Source: Candidatus Thorarchaeota archaeon (lineage in GTDB: Archaea; Asgardarchaeota; Thorarchaeia; Thorarchaeales; Thorarchaeaceae). From it: a DNA stretch of 64,000 bases. Under the pieces are notes generated by a model. The model worked only from the letters and a program-made list of their open reading frames with translations. It had not been told where the DNA came from and made no database searches. The stretch covers positions 64,001 through 128,000 of the forward strand of contig CAVSBO010000003.1 in the NCBI GenBank assembly GCA_963726195.1, written 5' to 3'. Of this stretch, positions 42,191 to 51,834 are shown piece by piece; positions within the stretch are counted from its first letter, which is position 1; each line of letters opens with the position of its first letter. The translations under genes were made by a program, and so were the position numbers.

Positions 42191-42663
42191 TGGCTTCTGC
42201 GTCGGTACAGACAACTGACCAGACGACAGAACCACTGTCTGCCACTGGAGAAAAGCAATGGGAACCCAGGATTCTCGCGTACTGCTGTAACTGGTGCTCA
42301 TACGCCGGCGCTGATCTTGCTGGCACAAGCAGGATACAGTATCCTCCGAATGCAAGGATCCTCCGGGTGAATTGTACCGGACGCATCAGCCCTGAGTTCA
42401 TACTTGCCGCACTGGAAATGGGCGCAGACGGTGTCCTTGTATCGGGGTGTCACCCAGGTGATTGCCACTATACGAGCGGAAACCTAAAGCTTAGGGCCCG
42501 CTGGGCATTGCTTGAGAAGACAATCGAACAAGCCGGAGTAGATCCTCGACGTGTAAGACTGCAATGGGCGAGTGCGTCGGAAGCGCAGATATTCGCTGAT
42601 GGAGTGAGGACTCTCACAGAGCAGGTTCGTAAGCTTGGACCGATAGGGAGGGAATGGAAGTGA
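42187..42663 (+). CDS. mvhD: Methyl-viologen-reducing hydrogenase subunit D (all-Cys form)
   Basis: CCNWCSYAGAD, CTGR, GCHPGDCHY. Confidence 0.93.
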   Translation: MMASASVQTTDQTTEPLSATGEKQWEPRILAYCCNWCSYAGADLAGTSRIQYPPNARILRVNCTGRISPEFILAALEMGADGVLVSGCHPGDCHYTSGNLKLRARWALLEKTIEQAGVDPRRVRLQWASASEAQIFADGVRTLTEQVRKLGPIGREWK

Positions 42664-42893
42664 GAGAGTTCACGCAGTTCTTCGAACAGAACAGGGGTGC
42701 AGTCAGAAAGCAGAGGAAGTCCATAGAAGATGCACTCTCGTCTTCTCCCGCCACCGTAACAGAACTCGCTGCGAAGACTCAGCTGACTAAGAAGCTGATT
42801 GTATGGAACCTTATCGGGATGCTGAAGTGGGGCACTGTGGAAGTAAAAGGCGAGCATGATGATGAGCTCGTATATGCATTGAAGGAGGCCTGA
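42660..42893 (+). CDS. Small winged-helix protein embedded in the hdr-mvh operon
   Basis: PATVTELAAKTQL..IVWNL..MLKWG.V..VY. GTGA overlap with the mvhD stop. Confidence 0.7.
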   Translation: MREFTQFFEQNRGAVRKQRKSIEDALSSSPATVTELAAKTQLTKKLIVWNLIGMLKWGTVEVKGEHDDELVYALKEA

Positions 42894-42895
42894 GA

Positions 42896-43825
42896 ATGAC
42901 TGAGCCCGTTCCTGTAGCGATGGCACAGGGCAGTTCCTGCTGGGGCTGCTTTCAGAGTCTTATAGACATCCACCTCAAGCTTGCAGATGTTCTGCCACTG
43001 CTAAACATCAAGTATTGGCAAGCGGTGGTCGACTACAAGCTCAAGGATCTTGAAGGTTATCCTGACGGTTCAATCGCGGTTGGGTTCTACGAGGGAATGG
43101 CCAGAACGGAAGAGGACGTCCATCTTCTCAACACGATGCGAGCAAAGTGCAAGACGCTGATAGCGTTCGGCTCTTGCTCATGCTTCGGTGGTGTTCCGGG
43201 CATGGCCAACTTTTATGATATTGAGGAATGTTATGACGCCAAGTTCCGTCACAACAAAACTGTGAATGATGGGAAGGTTCCTTCAAAGAACGTTCCGCCA
43301 ATCGAGAATGTCGTCAGGCCTAACACGGACTACGTGAATTTCGAAGTGTTCCTGCCAGGCTGTCCTCCAACTTCAAAGTTGATCCTCACGGCGGTCAGTG
43401 CATTGCTGGAGGGTAAGCCCTTGGATTTGCCTCCACACACGGTCTGTCATTACTGCAAACGCGAGAAAAAGGAGACACCCATCTCAGAAATACTCAGACC
43501 GTACGTTGGCAAGGCCGATTCCAAGAGGTGCCTATTGGAACAGGGATACATTTGCATGGGTCCGTCGACGTGGGGACTATGTGAGGGACCGTGCGTGAAC
43601 AAGGGCGCAACATGCCGAGGCTGCTTTGGCCCATCGCCGCCTATAACCAAGGATCATGGTGCTGCGTCGATATCAATGCTCGGCACGTATGCACCGATTG
43701 AACCAGAGAGTCTTGTTGCACAGGTGAAAGACCCTCTCGGGACCTTCTACAGATTCGACTATCCCACAAGCCATCTAGGACGTATTCGTATCAAGCGCGA
43801 AGACGCAAAGAGGAGGCGCGAGTAG
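42896..43825 (+). CDS. mvhG: [NiFe] group 3c hydrogenase small subunit
   Basis: CWGC, GSCSCFGG, PGCPP, CLLEQG..CMGP, CRGCFG. Confidence 0.92.
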   Translation: MTEPVPVAMAQGSSCWGCFQSLIDIHLKLADVLPLLNIKYWQAVVDYKLKDLEGYPDGSIAVGFYEGMARTEEDVHLLNTMRAKCKTLIAFGSCSCFGGVPGMANFYDIEECYDAKFRHNKTVNDGKVPSKNVPPIENVVRPNTDYVNFEVFLPGCPPTSKLILTAVSALLEGKPLDLPPHTVCHYCKREKKETPISEILRPYVGKADSKRCLLEQGYICMGPSTWGLCEGPCVNKGATCRGCFGPSPPITKDHGAASISMLGTYAPIEPESLVAQVKDPLGTFYRFDYPTSHLGRIRIKREDAKRRRE

Positions 43826-43826
43826 A

Positions 43827-45144
43827 GTGCCAGAAGAAAAGACAATCCGGATCAATCCTGTTACTCGCCTCGAGGGTCATGGAGCTCTCACCATAAAGCT
43901 GGGTCCCGGCAACAAGGTGAAGGATGTTCAATTCAATATCGGGAGTACTCGCTTCTTTGAGCAGTTCATGGTTGGCAGGCCGATGGAGGAAGTACCAAGG
44001 ATTGCTCCAAGAATATGCGGCATCTGCCCCGAGCCACATCACCTAGCCTCAGTGAAGGCTGTCGAGGCCGCTTGGGATGTCAAGCCACCCCCTGCTGCAA
44101 CGAAACTGAGAACGGCTATTGCTCGAATCTAAGCAGCTATCTTCTCATGCGATTCATTTCTATGCGTTAGCAGCCCCTGACTTCGTCTTTGGCCCGTTCG
44201 CCAAGCCAGAAGTAAGAAACGTTGCTGCCGTTTTGAAGTACAAGCCGGATATCGCCGTGCAAGCTATCAAGATAATGGAGTTCGGTCAGGAACTCTGCAG
44301 GGACATAGGAGCAAAGGCCATCCATCCAGTGACTGCGATTCCTGGAGGAATGCTCAACACTCTGACAGAGGAAGAACGTGACAAGTGGCTTGCTGCCGTG
44401 CCCGCGATGCTGGACAATGTGCAGAAGACCGTTGCACTTGCAAAGACAGTCGTGAACGCTTACATCGACGTGATCAAGAAGGTAGCGGTAACTCCGACTT
44501 ACTACGTAGGGCTTTCGAACAGAGGAGTTCATGACATATACGACGGGACCGTTCATGTGATGGACCCCGCGGGAAAGATTGTTGCTGACTTTGAAGCAAA
44601 GGACTACACGAAGTACTTTGGTGAATATGTTCCTGAACACTCCTATGCGACCCACATCTACTACAAGCCCGCAGGCTATCCCCAAGGAATCTGGAGGGCG
44701 AACACACTCGCGAGATGCAACATCGCAGACAAGATGGCTACTCCACTTGCTGATGCAGCATTGAAGGAAATGCGAACCTTGCTTGGGAGACCTTCTCATC
44801 ACACTTTCGGCTATCACTATGCAAGGATAGTAGAGATGGTACAAGCCGCTGAATCAATCAAGAGGCTCCTAGAAGACCCAGACATCGTAAGTACAGACGT
44901 CAAGCTGTCAGATGTGCAGCCCAAGGCTGGTGATGGAGTAGGCGTTGTCGAAGCGCCTCGTGGTACCTGCTTGCATAACTACGAGTGCAACGATGAAGGC
45001 ATTGTTACCAAAGCAAACATTATAGTCGCGACGAACCACAACGTAGGCGGCATTGAGAAATCACTGATGGATGCTGCCAAGCTCATCTTTGAGCAGGACG
45101 GACTCAAGAAACTGAAACTCCCTGAACCACTTGTGAAAACCTAG
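43827..45144 (+). CDS. mvhA: [NiFeSe] group 3c hydrogenase large subunit lacking the C-terminal L2 motif (VhuA type; frameshift ~44110)
   Basis: TRLEGH, RICGIC (L1), EAPRG, IVAT. Ends without DPCxxC, which the next gene supplies. Confidence 0.9.
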
Positions 45145-45157
45145 AGAGGAAATCAAG

Positions 45158-45310
45158 ATGACAGACGAAATACCCGAAGGCGTGCTCAATCTCCTTGAGA
45201 TGGTAGTACGCTGCTATGACTGCTGACTCTCGTGCGCCGCTCATATCGTCATCGTGGACGAAGAGGGGCGCGAGATAGCCAGGAAGGAGATAGTGACCTG
45301 CGAAGAATGA
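45158..45310 (+). CDS. vhuU: Selenocysteine-containing hydrogenase small peptide subunit VhuU (UGA=Sec at 45224-45226)
   Basis: Translation MTDEIPEGVLNLLEMVVRCYDC-U-LSCAAHIVIVDEEGREIARKEIVTCEE*. The UGA falls at the Ni-ligand position of the L2 motif. GAGGA RBS; directly follows the L2-less large subunit. Confidence 0.92.
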
Positions 45311-45368
45311 AGGTGCGGTCGCAAAGAACTATACCGCGCTCGACAACCCTGCAAGGGTCGCCGGTCAC
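45293..45368 (+). promoter_or_regulatory. Eukaryote/Asgard-type SECIS element
   Basis: AUGAA (45307-11), 8-bp stem ggtgcggt/accgcgct, loop containing AAA, CGAC (45341-44). Lower helix possible via gtgacc/ggtcac. Confidence 0.75.
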
Positions 45369-45574
45369 TCTCCTTCGTTCTCTCTCATTTCTGTGTCATG
45401 ACGTGCCTTGACTTCAATGCTCTTGGTGGTATTTCCGGAGGATTTGAGCTATTGCCTCGATTAGATCACGCCCGGGTGCAATCAGCCAATCTGCATGCGG
45501 CACCCTTCTCTATTGGAGTGGATGCGAAAACGAGAAGGGGAGGATATATCTCGACCTACTCCAACCAAGAAAGC

Positions 45575-45757
45575 GTGACTAATCGCCAAGCCGAATCAAT
45601 ACCAAAGCAGGTGAGACGCCGACGCGACCGAGAGCAGATTGTGTCCGCTCTTCGTGCCAGACAGTTGTCCGGGGAGGAGACATTGTCCCTAGGACTCGAA
45701 CTATCCGACCTTGCGGTTCGAACGACCAGAAGGCAGCACGATGAACGAATTCGGTGA
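45575..45757 (+). CDS. Small basic protein, putative antitoxin partner
   Basis: ~60 aa (RARQLSGEETLSLGLELSD), overlapping the downstream nucleotidyltransferase start. Confidence 0.5.
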   Translation: MTNRQAESIPKQVRRRRDREQIVSALRARQLSGEETLSLGLELSDLAVRTTRRQHDERIR

Positions 45758-46310
45758 GGTTCTTCGGGTCGTCTGCAATTTCCTCAACGAGAATGAAGTC
45801 GACTATGTTGTGGTGGGCGGTATTGCTGTAATGTACTATGGTGTTCCCCGCACTACAACCGATATCGACCTGATTATCAGGATGAAGACTGCTGAAATGA
45901 GTCCGTTTGTTGTCTTTCTGAGCTCCCATGGATTCCATGCGAGATTAGAGGACTTGACTGCAGCGTTGAAAGAGGGCTCGCATTGCACTTTCTTCTACGG
46001 AAGAAGCCTCCTCAGACTGGACATTCAAGGGGTCGTCTCTGAGTTCGATAGAATGACCCTTGAAAGGGCAGTCAAGGTGAATCATCTAGGGACCGCTGTC
46101 AGGCTGGCAACGGCCGAAGATACTCTTGTCAACAAGGTGTATTTCCAAGCGGAGCAGGACCTGCGCGATGCCCTAGGAATTTATGTCCGCAATGAGGACA
46201 AGCTGGATTTCAGTTATATCGAGTCTACGTGCAGACTCCTCGGAATCGAAAACAGGTGGAAATCCTTTGTAAGAAAAGCCACCAGGAATATGAAAGAACA
46301 CACCGAGTAG
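45741..46310 (+). CDS. Nucleotidyltransferase (DUF6036/AbiEii-like, TA-associated)
   Basis: VVVGGIAV..YG.PRTTTDIDL, ATAED..K..QDLRD. Confidence 0.8.
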   Translation: MNEFGEVLRVVCNFLNENEVDYVVVGGIAVMYYGVPRTTTDIDLIIRMKTAEMSPFVVFLSSHGFHARLEDLTAALKEGSHCTFFYGRSLLRLDIQGVVSEFDRMTLERAVKVNHLGTAVRLATAEDTLVNKVYFQAEQDLRDALGIYVRNEDKLDFSYIESTCRLLGIENRWKSFVRKATRNMKEHTE

Positions 46311-46327
46311 GACTGGCCGAACCATGC

Positions 46328-46470
46328 TCGTGCACCTGTGATGTAACGATGAGAATGGGTGGCAGACGCCAAGAGCTAGCACGTGACGAGCGGCGAATGA
46401 ACGCGGAGTGGCAAAGAACTGTACCCCCTGGACAAACCCATCGAGGGTCACCGGTCATTTTCCTTCGGTT
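46328..46470 (+). repeat. Degenerate direct repeat of the vhuU 3' end/SECIS region (45229-45380)
   Basis: Colinear shared blocks gaatgaa, gcaaagaact, gacaa, agggtc.ccggtca, tccttcg at an offset of ~1090 bp. Confidence 0.75.
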
Positions 46471-46585
46471 CCTCACCTTCGGCATTGAGATGGATTAATC
46501 CGAAACGGAGGGCACAGGCACAAGCGTTCATAGGAAAGGTGATTCTTATTAGCCGTGGAGTCATTAATATGGACGACTGGCAGGA

Positions 46586-47780
46586 ATGGAGCAGCCTACA
46601 ACAACCACGGATACAAAAGTCTGGTTCAAGCTGATAGTGATTCTCCTTTTTCTATTAGCACTACCGGAATACATGCAGTTCGGCTATGGTGGTTTCACAT
46701 ACTCCTCGGTGCTGTTTAACATCGGTTCGTATGTCGGGATAATGCAGTTGCCTTCAACGGGTCCCGTTTCCGTTACACCTCGAGCTCATCATTCTGGCTC
46801 TAATACTCTCGCTGCCAGGCATCATCTTCTTTGTTAGGATTCACGGAGCAAACCGAATAGGGCCAATCAGACGGTTAATGATAACATGTATCGTGACAAC
46901 CTTCGTTCTTGGTGCATTTGTCCTGAGCTTGTGGCCAGCTTTCATTCCAATGAGCTTTGTCGAGTATTATGTGTTTGCTGAGGTTGCGAATGCCTACGCA
47001 GTGTATGCTCTTGTGGCTCTGGTTTTCGTTCCGTTCTTTCTCCGTGAGTCAAGTTTCCTTCTGCCTATCTCCACCGAGCTAGGAGTGACGAAAGTATCTA
47101 CAATTCAACCCGGCCGTACAGCGAGCGCGAGAGTCGCCTATAGCATTGGTCTTCTTGTAGCGATCGTGACTCTCATCACACCAACGTTGGTAGCTTCCGT
47201 TGGTAACCAGTACGTTCGGCAGACAGTCTTTAGTGGCGTGACCATCAGTCTCCAGTTTATGGTGTACACGAGCATCGGGGAGGCGGGATCGCCTCTTTAC
47301 TCTCAAACTTACTATATGGTGAGTACTCTATTTCCCTTCGGGGCGCTTCTTGTCCTGTCCCTTCTGCGCGTCGTGTTTGCTCGAAACCTCATGCGCTACT
47401 ACAGAGGCATCGGACGAGTCGGGAGATTGTTGGCCACAGGAGCGATTGGTGAAGCCATGCTCTTTTCTCCATACATCCTCGCCTCCGGGTACTACATGAC
47501 AGTGTTGCCGCTACCCCTCTTGCCTGTCCTAGGACTCGTGTTGGTAAGACTTCGCGGATCGCTTACCTCTATGCGTGCGCCCAGCTATCTGGAGAAACTT
47601 CGCGAATCGCTTATCTCTATGCATGCGGTCAGCTATCCGGACGTCTGGCCGCTGACGTTCGAAGAGGAAGGTGTGACACGGCAAAGTGAGCAGAATCTCA
47701 AACGTGCTTCTGTGAAAGTGCCTGTCACATACGTGGTTATTTCGCGAATGCGTGGCCACCTTAGGCATACCCAGGAATAG
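46586..47780 (+). CDS. Polytopic membrane protein, paralog A (frameshift ~46781)
   Basis: Joined ORFs. Shares SLPG..RIH, RESSFL, RV.FA..L.RYYRG.G, RGSLT with paralog B. Confidence 0.7.
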
Positions 47781-47843
47781 GACTGGACTGTGCTGTGCAC
47801 ATCTTAGCTCATGACTGCCCTTATTAGTTGACGACTGAATTCC

Positions 47844-48953
47844 ATGAAATGTGGTAAGCAGGTTACGAAAGGCATCGACGCGAGAGTGCTGCTCAAGCTC
47901 GCAATACTAATGCTCGTTTTGTACATCCTGCCATTGGAAGTCAGGGTCCTCGATGCTCCCATTGCATACTACTCGGTCCTCTTCTTTATGGGGTCTGGCG
48001 GCATGGGAGAAATCGGGACGACCTCAGGCGGCATCAGCTCTTGCTCCGCCTGCCATTATTCTCTTGGCAGTGGCTGAGTCTTTGCCGGGGGCTTTCTTCT
48101 TCCTGCGTATTCACGAATCTGGCCGCTCTGGACAAATCAGAGGGCTATTCATTGGTTCTGTGGTTGGAACGTTCTTTCTCGCTATGCTTCTGCCCCAGAA
48201 TTGGTTTGAGACTTTTCCATACCCATCGCCCTTGTCCTGGGAGTTCAGTGATGTTGCCGGTATCTACCCAACGATAGCTCTACTGGGTCTGATACTCATC
48301 CCGCTCCTTTTCCGTGAGTCATCTTTTCTTGCGCGAGAGAGGGCGGAGCACCAACAGGAGAAGGAATCCGCTATACTCTCAACTCGGGTCGCCAGCTTCT
48401 GGGTTTCGAATGGTATTGCGTTGGTGATTGCGCTTGTGACATTCTTCGTGCCCTCTGGGTTTGGGACACAATCTGGCCAAGGTTCTCCAGTTGGAGCTGG
48501 GAGAGCGTTGTCGCAACGGTTTATTCACAGGATTTTTGGTTTTCATCTTTCACGCAGTCGCAGACCAGATCCTTGTTCTATCCCCTTTTCCAGTTTGTGG
48601 TAATCCTTGTCGAGTCTTCTGTTCGGGTTCTCTTCGCCCAGAGGCTCATACGCTACTATCGTGGATTCGGACAGACTCGTAGAGTCCTAGCAATCGGAGT
48701 GATTGGCGAGGTCTTGGCGAATTCCCCCTACATCTACCAGGTTTATACCATCATTCTTCTGTACGGCCGCTATTGGGGCAGTCTCGTGCTGCCGGTGCCT
48801 TTGTTCTTCATTCTGGGACTGCTGTTCATGAAGTTTCGTGGCTCACTGACAACAAGAGAAGTGGTAAGTGATGCTGGCATGCGGTCCATGACGTTTGAGA
48901 AGGAACCAGCAGCAATCTCCAGTGGACAAAGCGTTGATGCTGCATCGCAATAG
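47844..48953 (+). CDS. Polytopic membrane protein, paralog B (frameshifts ~48037 and ~48485-48497)
   Basis: Three ORF pieces colinear with paralog A. Confidence 0.65.
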
Positions 48954-49295
48954 TATAGGCTGCTCGCGTGATTCTTTCGAGTCCGTGAGTATCTTCTGTG
49001 TTCTCACGACTGATTTTAGTGTTTGAGGCGTGTTGCTTGGTCGAGGTCTCGAATGTCCACTAGAGTGGTTGATTGGGTGACCTGTACACAGAGTAGAGAT
49101 CACTACCGGTGGACTCTTCACCCTGCATGTGCGAATTATGACTCACATGCTCAAGCAGACTTAAAAGGAAGGGTGGCAGAACAAGAAACAGCAGGGCTTA
49201 CCAAAGCATTTCGTCCTTGGAGTACCGAATATGGTACGTCCTTGTGAAGTACTTGTTTTGAAAGCACCTGTCTAGTTTCAGACGTGACTTAACCT

Positions 49296-49856
49296 ATGAG
49301 TAGTGAATCAGAGCCTATTGTGGCTACTGTTTCCGAACTGAAGCCCTCAATGAGGAACATCTCGATTGTCTTCAAGGTCCTAGAAATGACCGAACCCCGC
49401 GAAGTCACATCGCGGGATGATGGCCAGTCTCATAAGATCGTTGATGCAAAGGTCGGTGACAAGACCGGCACAGTCATCGTCCCTCTTTGGGATGACGCGA
49501 TAGAGCGCGTCAAGGTCGGTTCAACATACAAGCTTGACAACGGATACACTGGTCTATTCCAAAGCAACCTCAGACTGAATATCGGCCGGTATGGTGTAAT
49601 CAGTGAGGCTACCGAGGAAATAGCCGATGTTGACACCTCCAATGATGTATCTGCTGTTGAGCACGAGAGAGTGTATCGCAGAAGGCCTAGCAGCGGGTAT
49701 GGAAGGCCCCGCGAGGACTCCGACCGTGGTGGCTATGGAGGCGGCGGCGGATACGGTGGTGGCCGTGACCGTGCCACTGGGCGTGGCACTGGCCGTGGTG
49801 CTGGCCCTGGCGGGCGTGGTGACCGTGGTGACGGCGGCCGCAGAGGCTATGACTAG
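49296..49856 (+). CDS. ssb: Single-OB-fold ssDNA-binding protein with RG/RGG-rich tail
   Basis: KVLE..VGDKTG....LWD..NGYT..LRLNIGRYG (crenarchaeal SSB/hSSB1-like); Gly/Arg-rich C-terminus. Confidence 0.88.
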   Translation: MSSESEPIVATVSELKPSMRNISIVFKVLEMTEPREVTSRDDGQSHKIVDAKVGDKTGTVIVPLWDDAIERVKVGSTYKLDNGYTGLFQSNLRLNIGRYGVISEATEEIADVDTSNDVSAVEHERVYRRRPSSGYGRPREDSDRGGYGGGGGYGGGRDRATGRGTGRGAGPGGRGDRGDGGRRGYD

Positions 49857-49877
49857 CACAAGCCGATCAGTCTAGAT

Positions 49878-49924
49878 TGTTTTTTCTGCTGAAGAACAGT
49901 GCGAGAACTCCAACTTCTCGCACT
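49878..49924 (+). terminator. T-tract plus 10-bp hairpin after the first ssb
   Basis: tgttttttc, then agtgcgagaa-ctccaac-ttctcgcact. Confidence 0.5.
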
Positions 49925-50170
49925 CCATTGTTTCCTTTCGCACAGAAATCTTCGCGAGGCTTCAGAGAACCTGCAAACGTGCTCTGACTCCTATATGGTG
50001 TTACTTGGTTGATACACAATCAGCCAGATTTATATGGCACCAAGCGCGGTCGAGGCCTCAGCAGGTTTTGCCGAAGCACGACAACTCTATGAAAGGCAAA
50101 TCAATTCGACTCGTCTTCCATGGGGCGAATCCGTTAGTCGAAGCCTGTCTATTCGCTGATGTGGTATACA

Positions 50171-50704
50171 ATGAGCGACAACACGGTCCAACCTATACAA
50201 GCGACCGTTTCCGAACTTAAGCCCCGAATGAGAGGTTTAACGATCATATTCAAGGTCGTTTCCATAACCGAACCCCATGAAGTCACATCTCGTGATGATG
50301 GTGCCACTCATCGAGTTGCTGACGCGAAAGTTGGCGACAGCACCGCTACAGTCATCATACCTTTATGGGACGACGCGATTGAACGCTTCAAAGTTGGTTC
50401 AGTCTACAAGCTGGACAACGGTTACACGAAGCTGTTCATGAATAACATCCGTCTGAACGTCGGACGTGATGGGATTGTCAACCCCTCTGATGAAGAGATG
50501 CCAGAAGTCAACATGGAGCACGATGTGTCTTCCGTTGTCTATCCTCAGAGGCCCAGACGCCGGTACGGAGGACAACGAACTGAACGAGACCGCCACTATC
50601 GCGAGGATTCTCGCAAAGCGGAGGAAGGCGAAAGCCGCGAGGGTGCCAAGGGCCACCGCGGTGATGAGGACGAATCAGACGCAGGTGATGAGCAGAAGCA
50701 ATAA
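50171..50704 (+). CDS. ssb: Single-OB-fold ssDNA-binding protein, paralog with charged/acidic tail
   Basis: Shares TVSELKP, EVTSRDDG, PLWDDAIER, YKLDNGYT with the upstream paralog. Confidence 0.88.
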   Translation: MSDNTVQPIQATVSELKPRMRGLTIIFKVVSITEPHEVTSRDDGATHRVADAKVGDSTATVIIPLWDDAIERFKVGSVYKLDNGYTKLFMNNIRLNVGRDGIVNPSDEEMPEVNMEHDVSSVVYPQRPRRRYGGQRTERDRHYREDSRKAEEGESREGAKGHRGDEDESDAGDEQKQ

Positions 50705-51006
50705 ACCACAGCAACCATGAGCTGTGTACCTGTACTTGGGGCGAGGAAAAACTTTCGCCCCTTGCTTATCTTCGACCTACGCGAACCGAGAGTTCGCTAC
50801 ACTCGTTTTTCGCTGCCAATTCAAATGGCGGTTTCATTATCAATGCAAACATGAATCGTTGATTCGTCGTCTTGGCCTTCGTCATTCATTGATGCGTCTG
50901 CTTCGAGCAGCAGGGAAAATGCCAGAATTGACCTTTGGCGGTCATTTTGTGTCAATTCGCATTCTTCATAAGCGATTGGCCTACGCCCTTGGATTTGGTG
51001 AATACA

Positions 51007-51294
51007 ATGTCACGTGAAGTTGAGCTAGAAACTAGCTCAAGAATCCTGACTACAGCATCAAAGTACATGATTGTGAGCGTACTCGCTGTAGCAATCGGCT
51101 GCGTCGCAGGTGTGTATGCTATTCTCGCCTACCTCGCCTACGGAGTAGCAGCCCAGTACTTCGCTATTGTGGCAGGACTCTTCGTCGGTGTTGCCTTCAT
51201 CCTGATTGGAGTGTTCCTGGCATTCTGGGGCCTCTACTGGATGCGAAACGAAGGCAAACGTCTGAGGAGAATGTTCGGAGAAGGTGGTAAGTAA
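51007..51294 (+). CDS. Small 2-TM protein (paralog pair)
   Basis: ASKYMIVSV..G.FVG..WG.YW.R. Confidence 0.65.
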   Translation: MSREVELETSSRILTTASKYMIVSVLAVAIGCVAGVYAILAYLAYGVAAQYFAIVAGLFVGVAFILIGVFLAFWGLYWMRNEGKRLRRMFGEGGK

Positions 51295-51297
51295 GCC

Positions 51298-51621
51298 ATG
51301 AATAGCAAGTCTGACAAGGCGGCTGCCAAGGCAGAGAAAGAACACTATGTCCCGAGCAGCTGGGACGAAGTCAGCACCAACCTCTACCAGCGAATCGAGT
51401 GGTATGCCTCGAAGTTCATCACGGTCTCTGTTATGGGTGTCGTGATTGGTGTGATCGGTGTTGTCTACGGTCTCGTTAGCTTGGTCTTGGGCAGCGCAAT
51501 TAGCGCAATCAGTGTCTTTCTTGGATTCTTCGTCGGTTTTGGCGCTCTAGTCGCTTCGATAGTCCTCCTCCTCTGGGGGGTCTTCTGGCGTCGCAGAGTT
51601 GAGAACAAGAAGATACTCTAG
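51298..51621 (+). CDS. Small 2-TM protein (paralog pair)
   Basis: ASKFITVSV..GFFVG..WGVFWRR. Confidence 0.65.
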   Translation: MNSKSDKAAAKAEKEHYVPSSWDEVSTNLYQRIEWYASKFITVSVMGVVIGVIGVVYGLVSLVLGSAISAISVFLGFFVGFGALVASIVLLLWGVFWRRRVENKKIL

Positions 51622-51683
51622 GTCAACAATAGTAAGTAGTAACACAGCTCCAATACAATTTCCAGCTGTGCGTTCTATTGAAC

Positions 51684-51722
51684 GGACTCGGAACCCTTCG
51701 GTTCCCTGTCCCATGCTTTTTT
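51684..51722 (+). terminator. Hairpin plus T-tract
   Basis: ggac..ggaacc-cttc-ggttcc..gtcc, followed by tttttt. Confidence 0.5.
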
Positions 51723-51834
51723 CATCATGCATTCGATTAGACGAGTGACATTCAGAATTTGCCGTCTCGTGCCGACATGGTGGATGTTCTGATGTTCGGA
51801 CAGGTCCATTGCCCTTGGGATTAGACGAGAATCT

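Noticed and set aside
37730-45310. Evidence of methanogenesis
   Set aside because: Hdr-Mvh is widespread in non-methanogens, and no mcr or mtr genes are present here.
46229-46498. 89-aa ORF as a second functional vhuU
   Set aside because: It lacks the RxYDxUxxCxxH motif and overlaps the NTase. Only a decayed duplicate remains.
49725-49850. ggccgtgg-type short repeats as a CRISPR array or VNTR
   Set aside because: They simply encode the Gly/Arg-rich SSB tail; no spacers.
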